Below, piece after piece: positions 56,122 to 64,000 of a DNA stretch of 64,000 nt. Origin of the DNA: Candidatus Poribacteria bacterium (GTDB taxonomy: Bacteria > Poribacteria > WGA-4E > JAJDTR01). Below the pieces are notes generated by a model that was given only the letters and a program-made list of their open reading frames with translations, searched no databases and was not told the origin of the DNA. The translations under genes were made by a program, and so were the position numbers. The stretch lies in NCBI GenBank assembly GCA_022827055.1, contig JAJDTR010000088.1:9043-73042 (forward strand), read 5' to 3'. Each line of letters starts with the position of its first letter. The stretch's first letter is position 1.

Positions 56122-56649
56122 TTAAAATCGGCCTTGAAGACTAAGGGTTGTTTCATGGTTTTGGAAATCGTAACTTGGGGTGAGGCGCAACGCCGCAGGT
56201 TGAGATTGCCGTGAAATCAGATCCAGTTGGTCGAAGATTGAGATGAGTGTCGCAACCCCAACCAACCCAATTCCAACCCGCGACATAACCAGGCTGGTGT
56301 CACGTCGGCTCGTATAATCGTTTCGATGTTTCGCAATGTCCGCTTGGAGTGCGGTGATTAAGTATTGATCGTACGAATCTTGAGCCGATTTGTCAACAAA
56401 CACGCTGCCAAATTTCAAACCCATTCCGGTGGTGAACAACACGACTTTCAATGCACGGGCCCCACCTCCAGCCTGCGCGGGTAGTACGGTCATGGTTAAG
56501 GTTAACGCACAACACACGCCAACCAATACGATGACTTTCATTGATAAATTTGGACGCATTGCAAACCTCGTGATTTGTAGGTGAAGGATTGGCGAATTCA
56601 TCCGGATTGCGTTTTCACAACACCGGATGTAACTCATACTCTCGCCCAA
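56122..56649 (-). CDS. Hypothetical secreted/membrane protein
   Basis: ORF with an internal signal-peptide-like segment (MKVIVLVGVCCALTLTMTVLPAQA). No motifs. Confidence 0.3.
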   Translation of the reverse strand: MGESMSYIRCCENAIRMNSPILHLQITRFAMRPNLSMKVIVLVGVCCALTLTMTVLPAQAGGGARALKVVLFTTGMGLKFGSVFVDKSAQDSYDQYLITALQADIAKHRNDYTSRRDTSLVMSRVGIGLVGVATLISIFDQLDLISRQSQPAALRLTPSYDFQNHETTLSLQGRF

Positions 56650-56666
56650 TCAAGGTTATTAGTCCG

Positions 56667-58568
56667 CTATTGCATCGGCTGCATCTGCTGCGCTCCTTGC
56701 ATCTCCATCATCTGTCGTGCACTCGCTACGATGTTAATCAGGTCCCTAAGGTCCGCAAGTGCGATGAAAATATTGGTTTGGACACCTCCATCCCTGTTCT
56801 GCCCGGCTATCCCGATACTGTGCGTGTCAGGGCTGTTCTGCAATAACATTCCAAACATGCCGGCTTCCGGTTCGGACTGCGCGACTATCTGTAAGACATC
56901 CTTTACCAGCTTGATAGGTGAGATTGTAAACATCCAGTTATTCTTTAGCGTCAGTGTATCAATCACTTTGCCGTGTCCCATGTTACTTTCGGCGGAAGTC
57001 CCTATACCGGCAATGCGATCCAAAGCGTCCTTAATAGGTTGCGCCGTAGAAGCCATGGAAATCAAGAGTTTCCCGTTGCTGACGGCGTGGTAAATATCCC
57101 ATTGTTCCGGGATTGAAAATGGCATGTCCGGCGGCATCTCGCCAAATCCTGCCGAAATATTTGGCAAGGTAATACTCGAAATTTCGACATCGTTATACAT
57201 TTCTGAAGCACCTACCGAAGCTCCGGAGTACATATTTGCGGCATCCGCTGCTCCCATGGATTCGTACAACGACGCTGTGGCTGCTATATATGTGAGATAA
57301 TCGTCCTTCATGTAGGACGCCATTTTTTTCTCATTGACGGTGTCGTTAATGAACACCATATCCGGCAGCAGGCTTCCACTGAAGCTGAATGTACCTGATG
57401 CTTCTTCTCCTATCGACTCGTAGAAATCGGATAACGCGTCGACAAAATTCTGTGTTGTTTGCTGAATTGCTTCATTGTCCGCGTTCGGATCGGCAGGAGC
57501 AAGCATCGTCATGATATCCACGGTAAAATCGATCCAAGTTTCCTTCTGAAACTGCATCATGCTGTGTGCGAGAGCCGTTGGCGGAAGATATTCGAGATGC
57601 GTCAACTCCGTAGGGGGCGCCGCAAAAAATGATTGCGCGTCGCTGCCCTCTTCGAACTTAATGAAGGGCGAAATCTGTAGATCAGTGCCGTTCAACTCCA
57701 CGGTTAGGCTCAACGTCGAAGCTTGATTCATAAACTGAATGCCCCAATCTATCATTTTTGAGACCATTGTCACGCCCTGCGCATCGGGAACGGACGCTTC
57801 CAATGCCTCAAAACCGGCTTTCATTTCGTTTGCCCGCTCAGTTAACATTTCTGCAATCGGCGCCATCGGGAAGTAAGCCAATACGTCGTTCCGTTCCAGC
57901 GACGGATCGAGATTGAGGGAGGCGTAACCTGGGTTCATGCCGATTGACGGCAACACCTTTTTGTAGGTGTCAATGGCGTTCTCGCACACATACGATATTC
58001 CTGAATAGACCAAGAAGTCTCCCAAGATTACAAAAGCGCCGCCCCCTTCCGTGGTGTTGTAGGTCGTACCGTTATACTCCACCGTGTTGCCAACATCCGA
58101 TTCGGCGTCTATTACCAGTTGAATCGCCTCCGGATCATTCACATGGACGGCGGCACAGGGGATGAGCGGCTTTGTATCGGAGAAGAACACGCAGAAATCT
58201 TTGCCCAAATCCAGTCCGAGGTCCTCCAATTCCTCCAAGCTTTCAAACCCGGCGCCAAATGTTTCAGCGAGTATCTCCGCCACAATCTCCTGCGGCGGAT
58301 CTCCCATCACTAGCTCGGCAAAGAGGGAGTTAATCTCATCATTTAGCGCGAGCGGATTACGGATGTAGATTAGTCCATTAACATCAGCGGGAATGACGCT
58401 CAAAACGCTGTCGGGATCGACGTAAACAGGAGGTTCCGAGGTCGCTGACATCTGGGAGTCAATTGGAGTTTCAGGGGTTACCTCGGATTGCTTTGCACCA
58501 CAGCCTACAACTAAAATCGCCGTGATACAAATTAGGATGTGTAAGTTGGATAACACACGCTTTCTCAT
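56667..58568 (-). CDS. Large lipoprotein (hypothetical, DUF-type)
   Basis: 633 aa. Lipobox LVVGCGA. No recognisable catalytic motif. Confidence 0.4.
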   Translation of the reverse strand: MRKRVLSNLHILICITAILVVGCGAKQSEVTPETPIDSQMSATSEPPVYVDPDSVLSVIPADVNGLIYIRNPLALNDEINSLFAELVMGDPPQEIVAEILAETFGAGFESLEELEDLGLDLGKDFCVFFSDTKPLIPCAAVHVNDPEAIQLVIDAESDVGNTVEYNGTTYNTTEGGGAFVILGDFLVYSGISYVCENAIDTYKKVLPSIGMNPGYASLNLDPSLERNDVLAYFPMAPIAEMLTERANEMKAGFEALEASVPDAQGVTMVSKMIDWGIQFMNQASTLSLTVELNGTDLQISPFIKFEEGSDAQSFFAAPPTELTHLEYLPPTALAHSMMQFQKETWIDFTVDIMTMLAPADPNADNEAIQQTTQNFVDALSDFYESIGEEASGTFSFSGSLLPDMVFINDTVNEKKMASYMKDDYLTYIAATASLYESMGAADAANMYSGASVGASEMYNDVEISSITLPNISAGFGEMPPDMPFSIPEQWDIYHAVSNGKLLISMASTAQPIKDALDRIAGIGTSAESNMGHGKVIDTLTLKNNWMFTISPIKLVKDVLQIVAQSEPEAGMFGMLLQNSPDTHSIGIAGQNRDGGVQTNIFIALADLRDLINIVASARQMMEMQGAQQMQPMQ

Positions 58569-58806
58569 TATGGATTTCTCCTTTGGAACATTCTTAAGTG
58601 ATTAGTGCAGGGGTTGGGAATAAGCCGATCCCCGCTTGCGTCTACGGTTTGACGATGCTGATGCCCCGTTTGTTGAGAATAAGGCATCGAGTTGAGTACG
58701 TTAAATTACGTTAGCGGTCACGTGTGCAGTTTTAGGAGCGATTTGAATGATCGATAGCAAATCATTTGTAGGAACTTTTTTATGTACTTATTGTTATCTT
58801 CTGTGT

Positions 58807-58895
58807 ATCTATGGGAGCCCTATCGCCTTCACTAATCGTTCAGTTGATCATTCGCTACTGGCTCACTTAATTTTTTCGCTCGTTTGATCCCACCC
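58807..58895. repeat. Dispersed repeat family A, copy 6
   Basis: atctatgggagccctatcgccttcactaatcgttcagttgatcattcgctactggctcacttaattttttcgctcgtttgatccc. Collinear with copy 3 at 32601. Confidence 0.65.
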
Positions 58896-58980
58896 AACAG
58901 ATGTACAAAGTCGAGCTAAATGTGTCGTCTGAACCGCGTGATGTATTACCCTTCAAAGTATCCTCGATCCTCGACCGGCT

Positions 58981-60069
58981 CTAACCCTTAATGGCAGCAA
59001 TCCGGTTCTCAATATTCGCAATCTCTTCGTTGGAAGTCAACACGCCAATTTCAGCTTCGTAGTGTCTGCGTCCGCCCGGCTCAATGTACTCTAACGTACC
59101 TCGAGTTTCCTCTTTTTCCTGTCCCTCAACCCAACAGTTCGCCGGCTCTAATCCGATGACATACGCTCCCTCGCTACACATCTTCCATTGGACAAACCGA
59201 GGGAATTGTGTCCTGTGATATTTCACGTATAATCCAAATCCTCGTCCTTCGTCGAATTTACGATTTACCAATGCAATATAGACGTGATTGTCCGCATCCG
59301 CTTCCATTTCGTGGTAATAGACTCGTTCTCGAAAATCGGCGGTTGGCGCCTCGCATCGCGCATGATTGTCCACGTCGACAGCGGCGTGCTCATCTCGGGG
59401 TATCACTTGCGTCGTGGGAGCAAGCAGTTCGGCGCGTTCGGCAACAATCGGAAATCCGACGTTGATATGAAAGAGGTACATGTGCGGTGTGTCGTGGTAT
59501 CCGAGATTTTCAACGATATCTTCAATGTGGAGATTTTTTGCTCCGAGTTCTGTCCAAATGCGCCGGGTGCGGCAGAGATTCTCGCCTAGTGCCGCGGTTT
59601 CCGTGACTTTTCCCTGCGCCCAGAGCATGTAACGGTTTCCCTCCCAGCGGCTGTCAACCCAAACATTCTTTGCAGGTATGTGGGAGACGCGACCGTGTAG
59701 GCCGTGCGACCCGTTCTCATCCGGTTCGCCAACGTGCGTCATCCCGCACGTCGTAAGGAGACCACCGGAAAATCCACGCAACCAACCGAAACCTTGGGGT
59801 TCGTAGTAAGCGGGAGCCACATCGCCTGTGCCTGACCGCCAGCAGAGCGGAAGACCGTTGTATTCCGCATAAGATAAATCCAATCCGCGATCCGGCAGCA
59901 CGGTGAAATTTAATCCCGAGCCTGTCCGGAAGTCAACCCCATTGACTCCGCTTTCGTTTCCTTCAATGAGTTGGTACCGTTTTATGCCGGCAATCTGAGA
60001 AATATCCCCGATATGCCGAAGTAATTGCCGTTTGTCGTATGTCGCTCCGTGTAATTTTATCACTAGCAC
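58981..60069 (-). CDS. Aldose-1-epimerase-like (galactose-mutarotase fold, DUF4432-type) protein
   Basis: 362 aa. HGLHGR, YHDTPHMYLFHINVGFP and GLEP motifs of the mutarotase-like superfamily. Confidence 0.5.
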   Translation of the reverse strand: MLVIKLHGATYDKRQLLRHIGDISQIAGIKRYQLIEGNESGVNGVDFRTGSGLNFTVLPDRGLDLSYAEYNGLPLCWRSGTGDVAPAYYEPQGFGWLRGFSGGLLTTCGMTHVGEPDENGSHGLHGRVSHIPAKNVWVDSRWEGNRYMLWAQGKVTETAALGENLCRTRRIWTELGAKNLHIEDIVENLGYHDTPHMYLFHINVGFPIVAERAELLAPTTQVIPRDEHAAVDVDNHARCEAPTADFRERVYYHEMEADADNHVYIALVNRKFDEGRGFGLYVKYHRTQFPRFVQWKMCSEGAYVIGLEPANCWVEGQEKEETRGTLEYIEPGGRRHYEAEIGVLTSNEEIANIENRIAAIKG

Positions 60070-60668
60070 ACCTCCTCAAAAGAAACCGAATCACAGAGTA
60101 GAACTGTAGTATGAAGGGCAGAATTTCTTGAACGAATTATAGCACACCCTGATAAAAACATCAATCAAACGTTAGTCATTCCAATCGCATCAGAGTATCG
60201 TAAGGTGGGACCATCAAACCGCCGGGTTGAGGATGTGTTTCATCATCCCTCACAATTTGAACGTGTGGGATACAGATATTTTACTCGCTTGAGTTGCTCA
60301 CAACGCGCGAATACTACCGCCCTGGATCATCGGAGGACATCTGATGGGATTGTTAACCTTTGGAGGCGACGACTAGATGAAAGCGCATTCAGGTGCGAGA
60401 TTCAACCCTCGTTGGATTCTCGGGAACCTATTGCCTCTGAATGGATGGTATACTAATGAATGTGCAGTCGATCGGTACATACACCTTAAAGATAGCACCT
60501 TCAATTCGATGACGATCAGGCTCTTGAATCAAATGCGATCATCCTACTGGCAAATCTCGGGGTGCTTGATGACGACTTCGATAACTGATACAATGGGCAC
60601 ACTTCGGAAGTTACTGAATTTGAACGCCGTGGGGTGCCGAGACTTTCATAAACATAAGGAGAAATCAC

Positions 60669-61415
60669 ATGGACTTGAATGGTAAGGTTGCAATCGTAAC
60701 AGGCGCGGGACAGGGTATCGGTCGGGGGATCGCCATCCAACTCGCCCGCTCAGGGGCGAGCCTCGCCGTGGTAGACGTGGACGCCGCACGAGCTGAGACA
60801 GTCACGAATGAGATTGAGGACTTGGGGCATTCGGCGCTCGCAATACATGCGGATGTAACAGATTTCGATCAAGTGAAACGCATGGTCGAAGGGACACTTG
60901 AAGCATTTCACCAAATCGACATTTTGGTGAATAACGCGGGGATTACCGGAAGAACGCTCCCGCTCACCAAATTGGAGGTTTCGGATTGGGATGAAGTGAT
61001 GGATGTCAATCTGAGAGCCGTTTTCCTTTGCTGCAAAGCGGTAATCGACCACATGATTGAGAGGGGATATGGCAGAATTGTGAGCATTGCATCCGTTGCC
61101 GGAAAGGAGGGGAATCCTACGCTGATTCCCTATTCGACATCCAAAGCGGGTGTCATCGGATTGACGAAAGCGCTCGCCAAAGAGGTTACGGAATATGACA
61201 TTCGCGTCAATTGCGTTTCGCCTGCGGTGATTGGAACTCCGCTGCTTGACGACATGGCGCCGTCAACTGTCGAATATATGATTAGCAAGATTCCGCTGGG
61301 CCGCGTCGGCAAGCCGGAGGAGGTAGCGGCAGTGGTGAACTTCCTCGCCTCGGACCTCGCCAGTTTTGTCACGGGACAGTGCTACGACATCAGTGGCGGA
61401 AGGGCAACATATTAA
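60669..61415 (+). CDS. SDR-family oxidoreductase (FabG-like 3-oxoacyl reductase)
   Basis: TGAGQGIGRG Rossmann motif, NNAG, catalytic S...YSTSKAG (YxxxK). Confidence 0.9.
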   Translation: MDLNGKVAIVTGAGQGIGRGIAIQLARSGASLAVVDVDAARAETVTNEIEDLGHSALAIHADVTDFDQVKRMVEGTLEAFHQIDILVNNAGITGRTLPLTKLEVSDWDEVMDVNLRAVFLCCKAVIDHMIERGYGRIVSIASVAGKEGNPTLIPYSTSKAGVIGLTKALAKEVTEYDIRVNCVSPAVIGTPLLDDMAPSTVEYMISKIPLGRVGKPEEVAAVVNFLASDLASFVTGQCYDISGGRATY

Positions 61416-61605
61416 GTGGTCAGTGACTAGTGAAATTCCTAACCCGTTCTATGGTGTAGTGGAGTAAGTATCTTGTGTCAGTTTCGTAAGCATCTAATGC
61501 ATATGGAGCCGACGCAGGAAACATGCTTTTCGCCGTGTAGGTCGGGCTTCTAGCCCGACGCTAGGAGACATTCCGCTTAGCCAAACCTAATCCGTGATAT
61601 CCTTT

Positions 61606-61807
61606 AGAGCCTGTTTGAAAATTCGGTAGCCAAGCCATTTTTAGTCATTTGAAGACACGTTTTTGTAATTTCCCGATATATACCTGTCGCCCCGCTGGGG
61701 CTTGGCGTACAGGGTTTCGGTATTTCTACATACCTTCCGCCCCTCCGGGGCTTTTAAGGCTGGTGCGCGGTGCGCACCTTACAAAATGTACTTTTCAAAC
61801 AGGTTCT
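61606..61807. mobile_element. MITE-like element, copy 2 (AGAGCCTGTTTGAAAA terminal inverted repeats, no nested insert)
   Basis: About 200 bp. Collinear with 32465-32737 minus the family-A insert. Lies directly upstream of the lipoprotein gene at 61908. Confidence 0.75.
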
Positions 61808-61907
61808 TAATCTTTTTAATCTACGATTCGCCCAGCTACAAAATTGCGCTTTCCTTATGCCATATTCTTTTTGTGAAAAAACCACTAATTCCCGAGGATT
61901 GTCAACC

Positions 61908-62909
61908 ATGCTTTTATTTAACCGAGATTTCCTATTGATTCCTCTTATATCGGTGCTTTTGTTTTTGACAGCCGGATGCGGCGGCGATGAGGAAGGAGGT
62001 ATCAATCTGGCGCCGCAGATTTTTGTCTTTGAAGTGGAATCCGAAATTGTCGAACCCGGCAGCCAAGTCCCAGTTACAATCGAGGTCGCCGATCTTGAAG
62101 GAGATCCAATAACCTTTGAGTGGTCGGCGACGGGCGGCGCTATCAACGGCGATTCGGCCGGCGCGCTCTGGACGGCACCCGACCAAGAGCGGAAGTACCA
62201 GATCGAGCTTTCGGTCAGTGACGGGTACAAATCGACCACAAGCACTATTGACATTCAGGTGTGGCGCACTCGGCCGGGGAATTACTATCCACTCGCCGTT
62301 GGCAACAGATGGACGTATCGTGATGATGAGGGAAATAGAATCATCTTCGCGATCATTGATAAGATACAAATACACCTATCGGAAGACGAGTTGATCGAGA
62401 GTTTTGTACTTGAGAAATCTAGCACTGACGAGAACTTGAAGAACGTGAAGAATTATTCTTACATCGGGCAGAGCTTCAATGAGGACGGAGTGGTTAATGG
62501 AATCGTTCAGCATGCACAGAATATTGCATCCGGCACAGACGGGACAATGCTGTTCCTGCCATTTCTGCCGTTGTACAACTTTCCTCTAATTCCTGGAAAC
62601 AAGTGGGCAACCCGCTTTCAAGCGGAAGTAGTGCCCGAAAGGCTTCCACTCGGCAACGGGTTGGATGAATTTGAAGTGTTATCGGAGGAAACTGTTGCGG
62701 TGCCGGCTGGTACGTTCGATAATGTCTTCCAAGTGCAGGAGACTTTCAGATGGACATTTTTTGATGTGCAAGACCTTGATATCACCGTCGTAAAGAAGTG
62801 GTTGGCGCCGGATGTCGGTATCGTGAAATTCACCCAACAGCAAACACGCTTCAACGTTTCCGTAGAGGTACTCTTCGAGCTTGAATCATTTGAGTTGGTT
62901 CCAAGTTAA
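61908..62909 (+). CDS. Lipoprotein (hypothetical; Ig-like N-domain)
   Basis: MLLFNRDFLLIPLISVLLFLTAGCGG lipobox. The six-frame ORF extends upstream to 61770 through the MITE and is spurious. Confidence 0.5.
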   Translation: MLLFNRDFLLIPLISVLLFLTAGCGGDEEGGINLAPQIFVFEVESEIVEPGSQVPVTIEVADLEGDPITFEWSATGGAINGDSAGALWTAPDQERKYQIELSVSDGYKSTTSTIDIQVWRTRPGNYYPLAVGNRWTYRDDEGNRIIFAIIDKIQIHLSEDELIESFVLEKSSTDENLKNVKNYSYIGQSFNEDGVVNGIVQHAQNIASGTDGTMLFLPFLPLYNFPLIPGNKWATRFQAEVVPERLPLGNGLDEFEVLSEETVAVPAGTFDNVFQVQETFRWTFFDVQDLDITVVKKWLAPDVGIVKFTQQQTRFNVSVEVLFELESFELVPS

Positions 62910-63099
62910 CCCCCTCAATCCAAGTTCTCGCCTCCGTTTGAGAATTTGCAGCGTGACTTCCGCCCACCGTTTCTTGTGAGTTACTTTTCTGACGAGCTCT
63001 AACATCTACATGTCCAAGTTCCCGCCTCCGATTCAGTCCCCCTAAATTTTTTCGCTAGACAAACCATGCCGTAACTGATACAATCGCTATTGAGTAAAA

Positions 63100-63378
63100 A
63101 TGTACCAGATTCACCTACCAATCAAACGATATCAAAATCTGGCCGGCATCGCCGCGATTGCCGGATTCCTGTTCGGAGCGATCCTTCCTTTGTACGGCTT
63201 CGCTACAGGATGGTGGGCGTGTCCGTTCGGTGATCGCATAACCCACAAGGCGATATTCGGATTGCTGTCCGGCGTGGCTGGGGGCCTGTTGCTCGGCAAT
63301 CTTGCCGCCGTGGCGCTGATTCTAATCGCCAAACTTCGCAAGCTGGCATTGAGGCTCGCCAGGAATTGCAAAAGGTAA
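63100..63378 (+). CDS. Small two-TM membrane protein (hypothetical)
   Basis: 92 aa, two hydrophobic helices, basic C-terminus. Confidence 0.3.
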   Translation: MYQIHLPIKRYQNLAGIAAIAGFLFGAILPLYGFATGWWACPFGDRITHKAIFGLLSGVAGGLLLGNLAAVALILIAKLRKLALRLARNCKR

Positions 63379-63381
63379 TTC

Positions 63382-64000
63382 ATGGATGAATTTTGGAAAA
63401 TTCCGTTAATACTCGTTGCCGGTGTCTTCGCGGGCTTCCTTAACACCATCGCGGGCGGCGGTTCACTGTTGACCCTCCCGGTTCTTATCTTTCTCGGGCT
63501 ATCCCCCGCAGTGGCAAACGGCACAAACAGAGTCGCCTTGTTTATGCAGAATGCCAGCGCGATTATGGGATTCCGCCGCAAAGGCGTTTCCGATTTTGGC
63601 TATAGTCTACTCTTCACCGTGCCGACGCTTTTCGGAGCTTGGGCTGGTGCGCGACGTGCCGTTACTATAGATGACGACCAGTTCCTTCGAATCCTCTCTG
63701 GTGTCATGGTTGTGGTGCTCTTTCTGACGCTTTTCAGCCCGACGAAGAAGATACAGGTCGGGTCCGATAGACTTAGTAGAACCCGACAAAGCATTGCGGT
63801 GTTGGCATTTTGGGCGCTCGGTTACTACGGCGGCTTCATTCACGCGGGAAACGGATTCCTCATTATCGCGGCATTGACGATAATTACCGGGTTCGACCTC
63901 GTCCGTGCGAATGCAATCAAGGTATTCGCCATATTCTTTTATACCATCATCGCGCTCGTTGCCTTCATCATTGGCGGAAAGGTCAATTGGTCTCTTGGAT
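63382..64000 (+). CDS. TauE/SafE (DUF81) sulfite-exporter family membrane protein, 3'-truncated by window end
   Basis: MDEFWKIPLILVAGVFAGFLNTIAGGGSLLTLPVLIFLGL...ANGTNRVA, the hallmark TauE/SafE N-terminal repeat. Open to the window edge. Confidence 0.7.
   Translation, partial: MDEFWKIPLILVAGVFAGFLNTIAGGGSLLTLPVLIFLGLSPAVANGTNRVALFMQNASAIMGFRRKGVSDFGYSLLFTVPTLFGAWAGARRAVTIDDDQFLRILSGVMVVVLFLTLFSPTKKIQVGSDRLSRTRQSIAVLAFWALGYYGGFIHAGNGFLIIAALTIITGFDLVRANAIKVFAIFFYTIIALVAFIIGGKVNWSLG

Noticed and set aside
61770-61907. N-terminal extension of the lipoprotein ORF (MRTLQNVLFKQ...).
   Set aside because: It runs through MITE copy 2, including its terminal repeat. A signal peptide with a lipobox begins at 61908.
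1-64000. tRNA, rRNA, tmRNA, integrase or classic IS transposase genes, and attC-like sites that would make the HsdR-N array a bona fide integron.
   Set aside because: I found no cloverleaf-like tRNA candidates, no tyrosine or serine recombinase motifs, and no imperfect-palindrome attC sites flanking the cassettes. The integron or island interpretation therefore stays speculative.

Overview
This 64-kb window (about 55% GC) looks like a contig from an uncultured bacterium. I support about 50 protein-coding genes and no rRNA, tRNA or CRISPR. All calls below come from reading the translations and repeats by eye; I ran no searches.

**Housekeeping genes.** These include purN, an rsmE gene next to a MiaB/MtaB-family methylthiotransferase (the Bacillus yqeU-yqeV order), dapA, dtd, a transaldolase, a luciferase-like (LLM) oxidoreductase, a short-chain dehydrogenase (SDR) and a PfkB-family kinase.

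**Accessory content.**
- Two AttEFGH-like ABC exporter modules (ATPase plus a giant FtsX permease) are followed by an AttH/CrtC lipocalin-like protein. An AAA-ATPase/PD-(D/E)XK gene sits inside the first module.
- An NfeD/FloA flotillin supercluster has three NfeD genes, a coiled-coil protein built from 33-bp tandem repeats, and two FloA paralogs.
- A glycan-foraging set contains two BNR sialidase paralogs, a sulfatase, two LamG-like paralogs, a GH127-like hydrolase and a protein with a type IX secretion system (T9SS) sorting tail.
- A free-standing Rpn-family PD-(D/E)XK nuclease lies between rsmE and the transaldolase.

**Most unusual locus (29.2-33.1 kb).**
- A sigma54 two-component system (histidine kinase and NtrC-like regulator) is split by three diverged tandem paralogs of an HsdR-N-like PD-(D/E)XK nuclease-domain protein.
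- Each paralog is followed, at an ATGA stop/start overlap, by a decayed copy of the first 125-260 bp of the regulator gene.
- The array ends in an orphan HicB-like antitoxin gene, a miniature inverted-repeat element (MITE) with 16-bp terminal inverted repeats, and a double-hairpin repeat.

**Dispersed repeats.** There are at least three families.
- Family A is a roughly 75-bp element carrying CTATCGC and TCGCTTGATC motifs.
- Family B is a roughly 75-bp double-hairpin element with CGCTCC-N3-GGAGCG stems.
- The third family is the MITE.
- Family B flanks one sialidase gene as direct repeats.
- One MITE copy carries a nested family-A insertion, which is direct evidence that family A moves.
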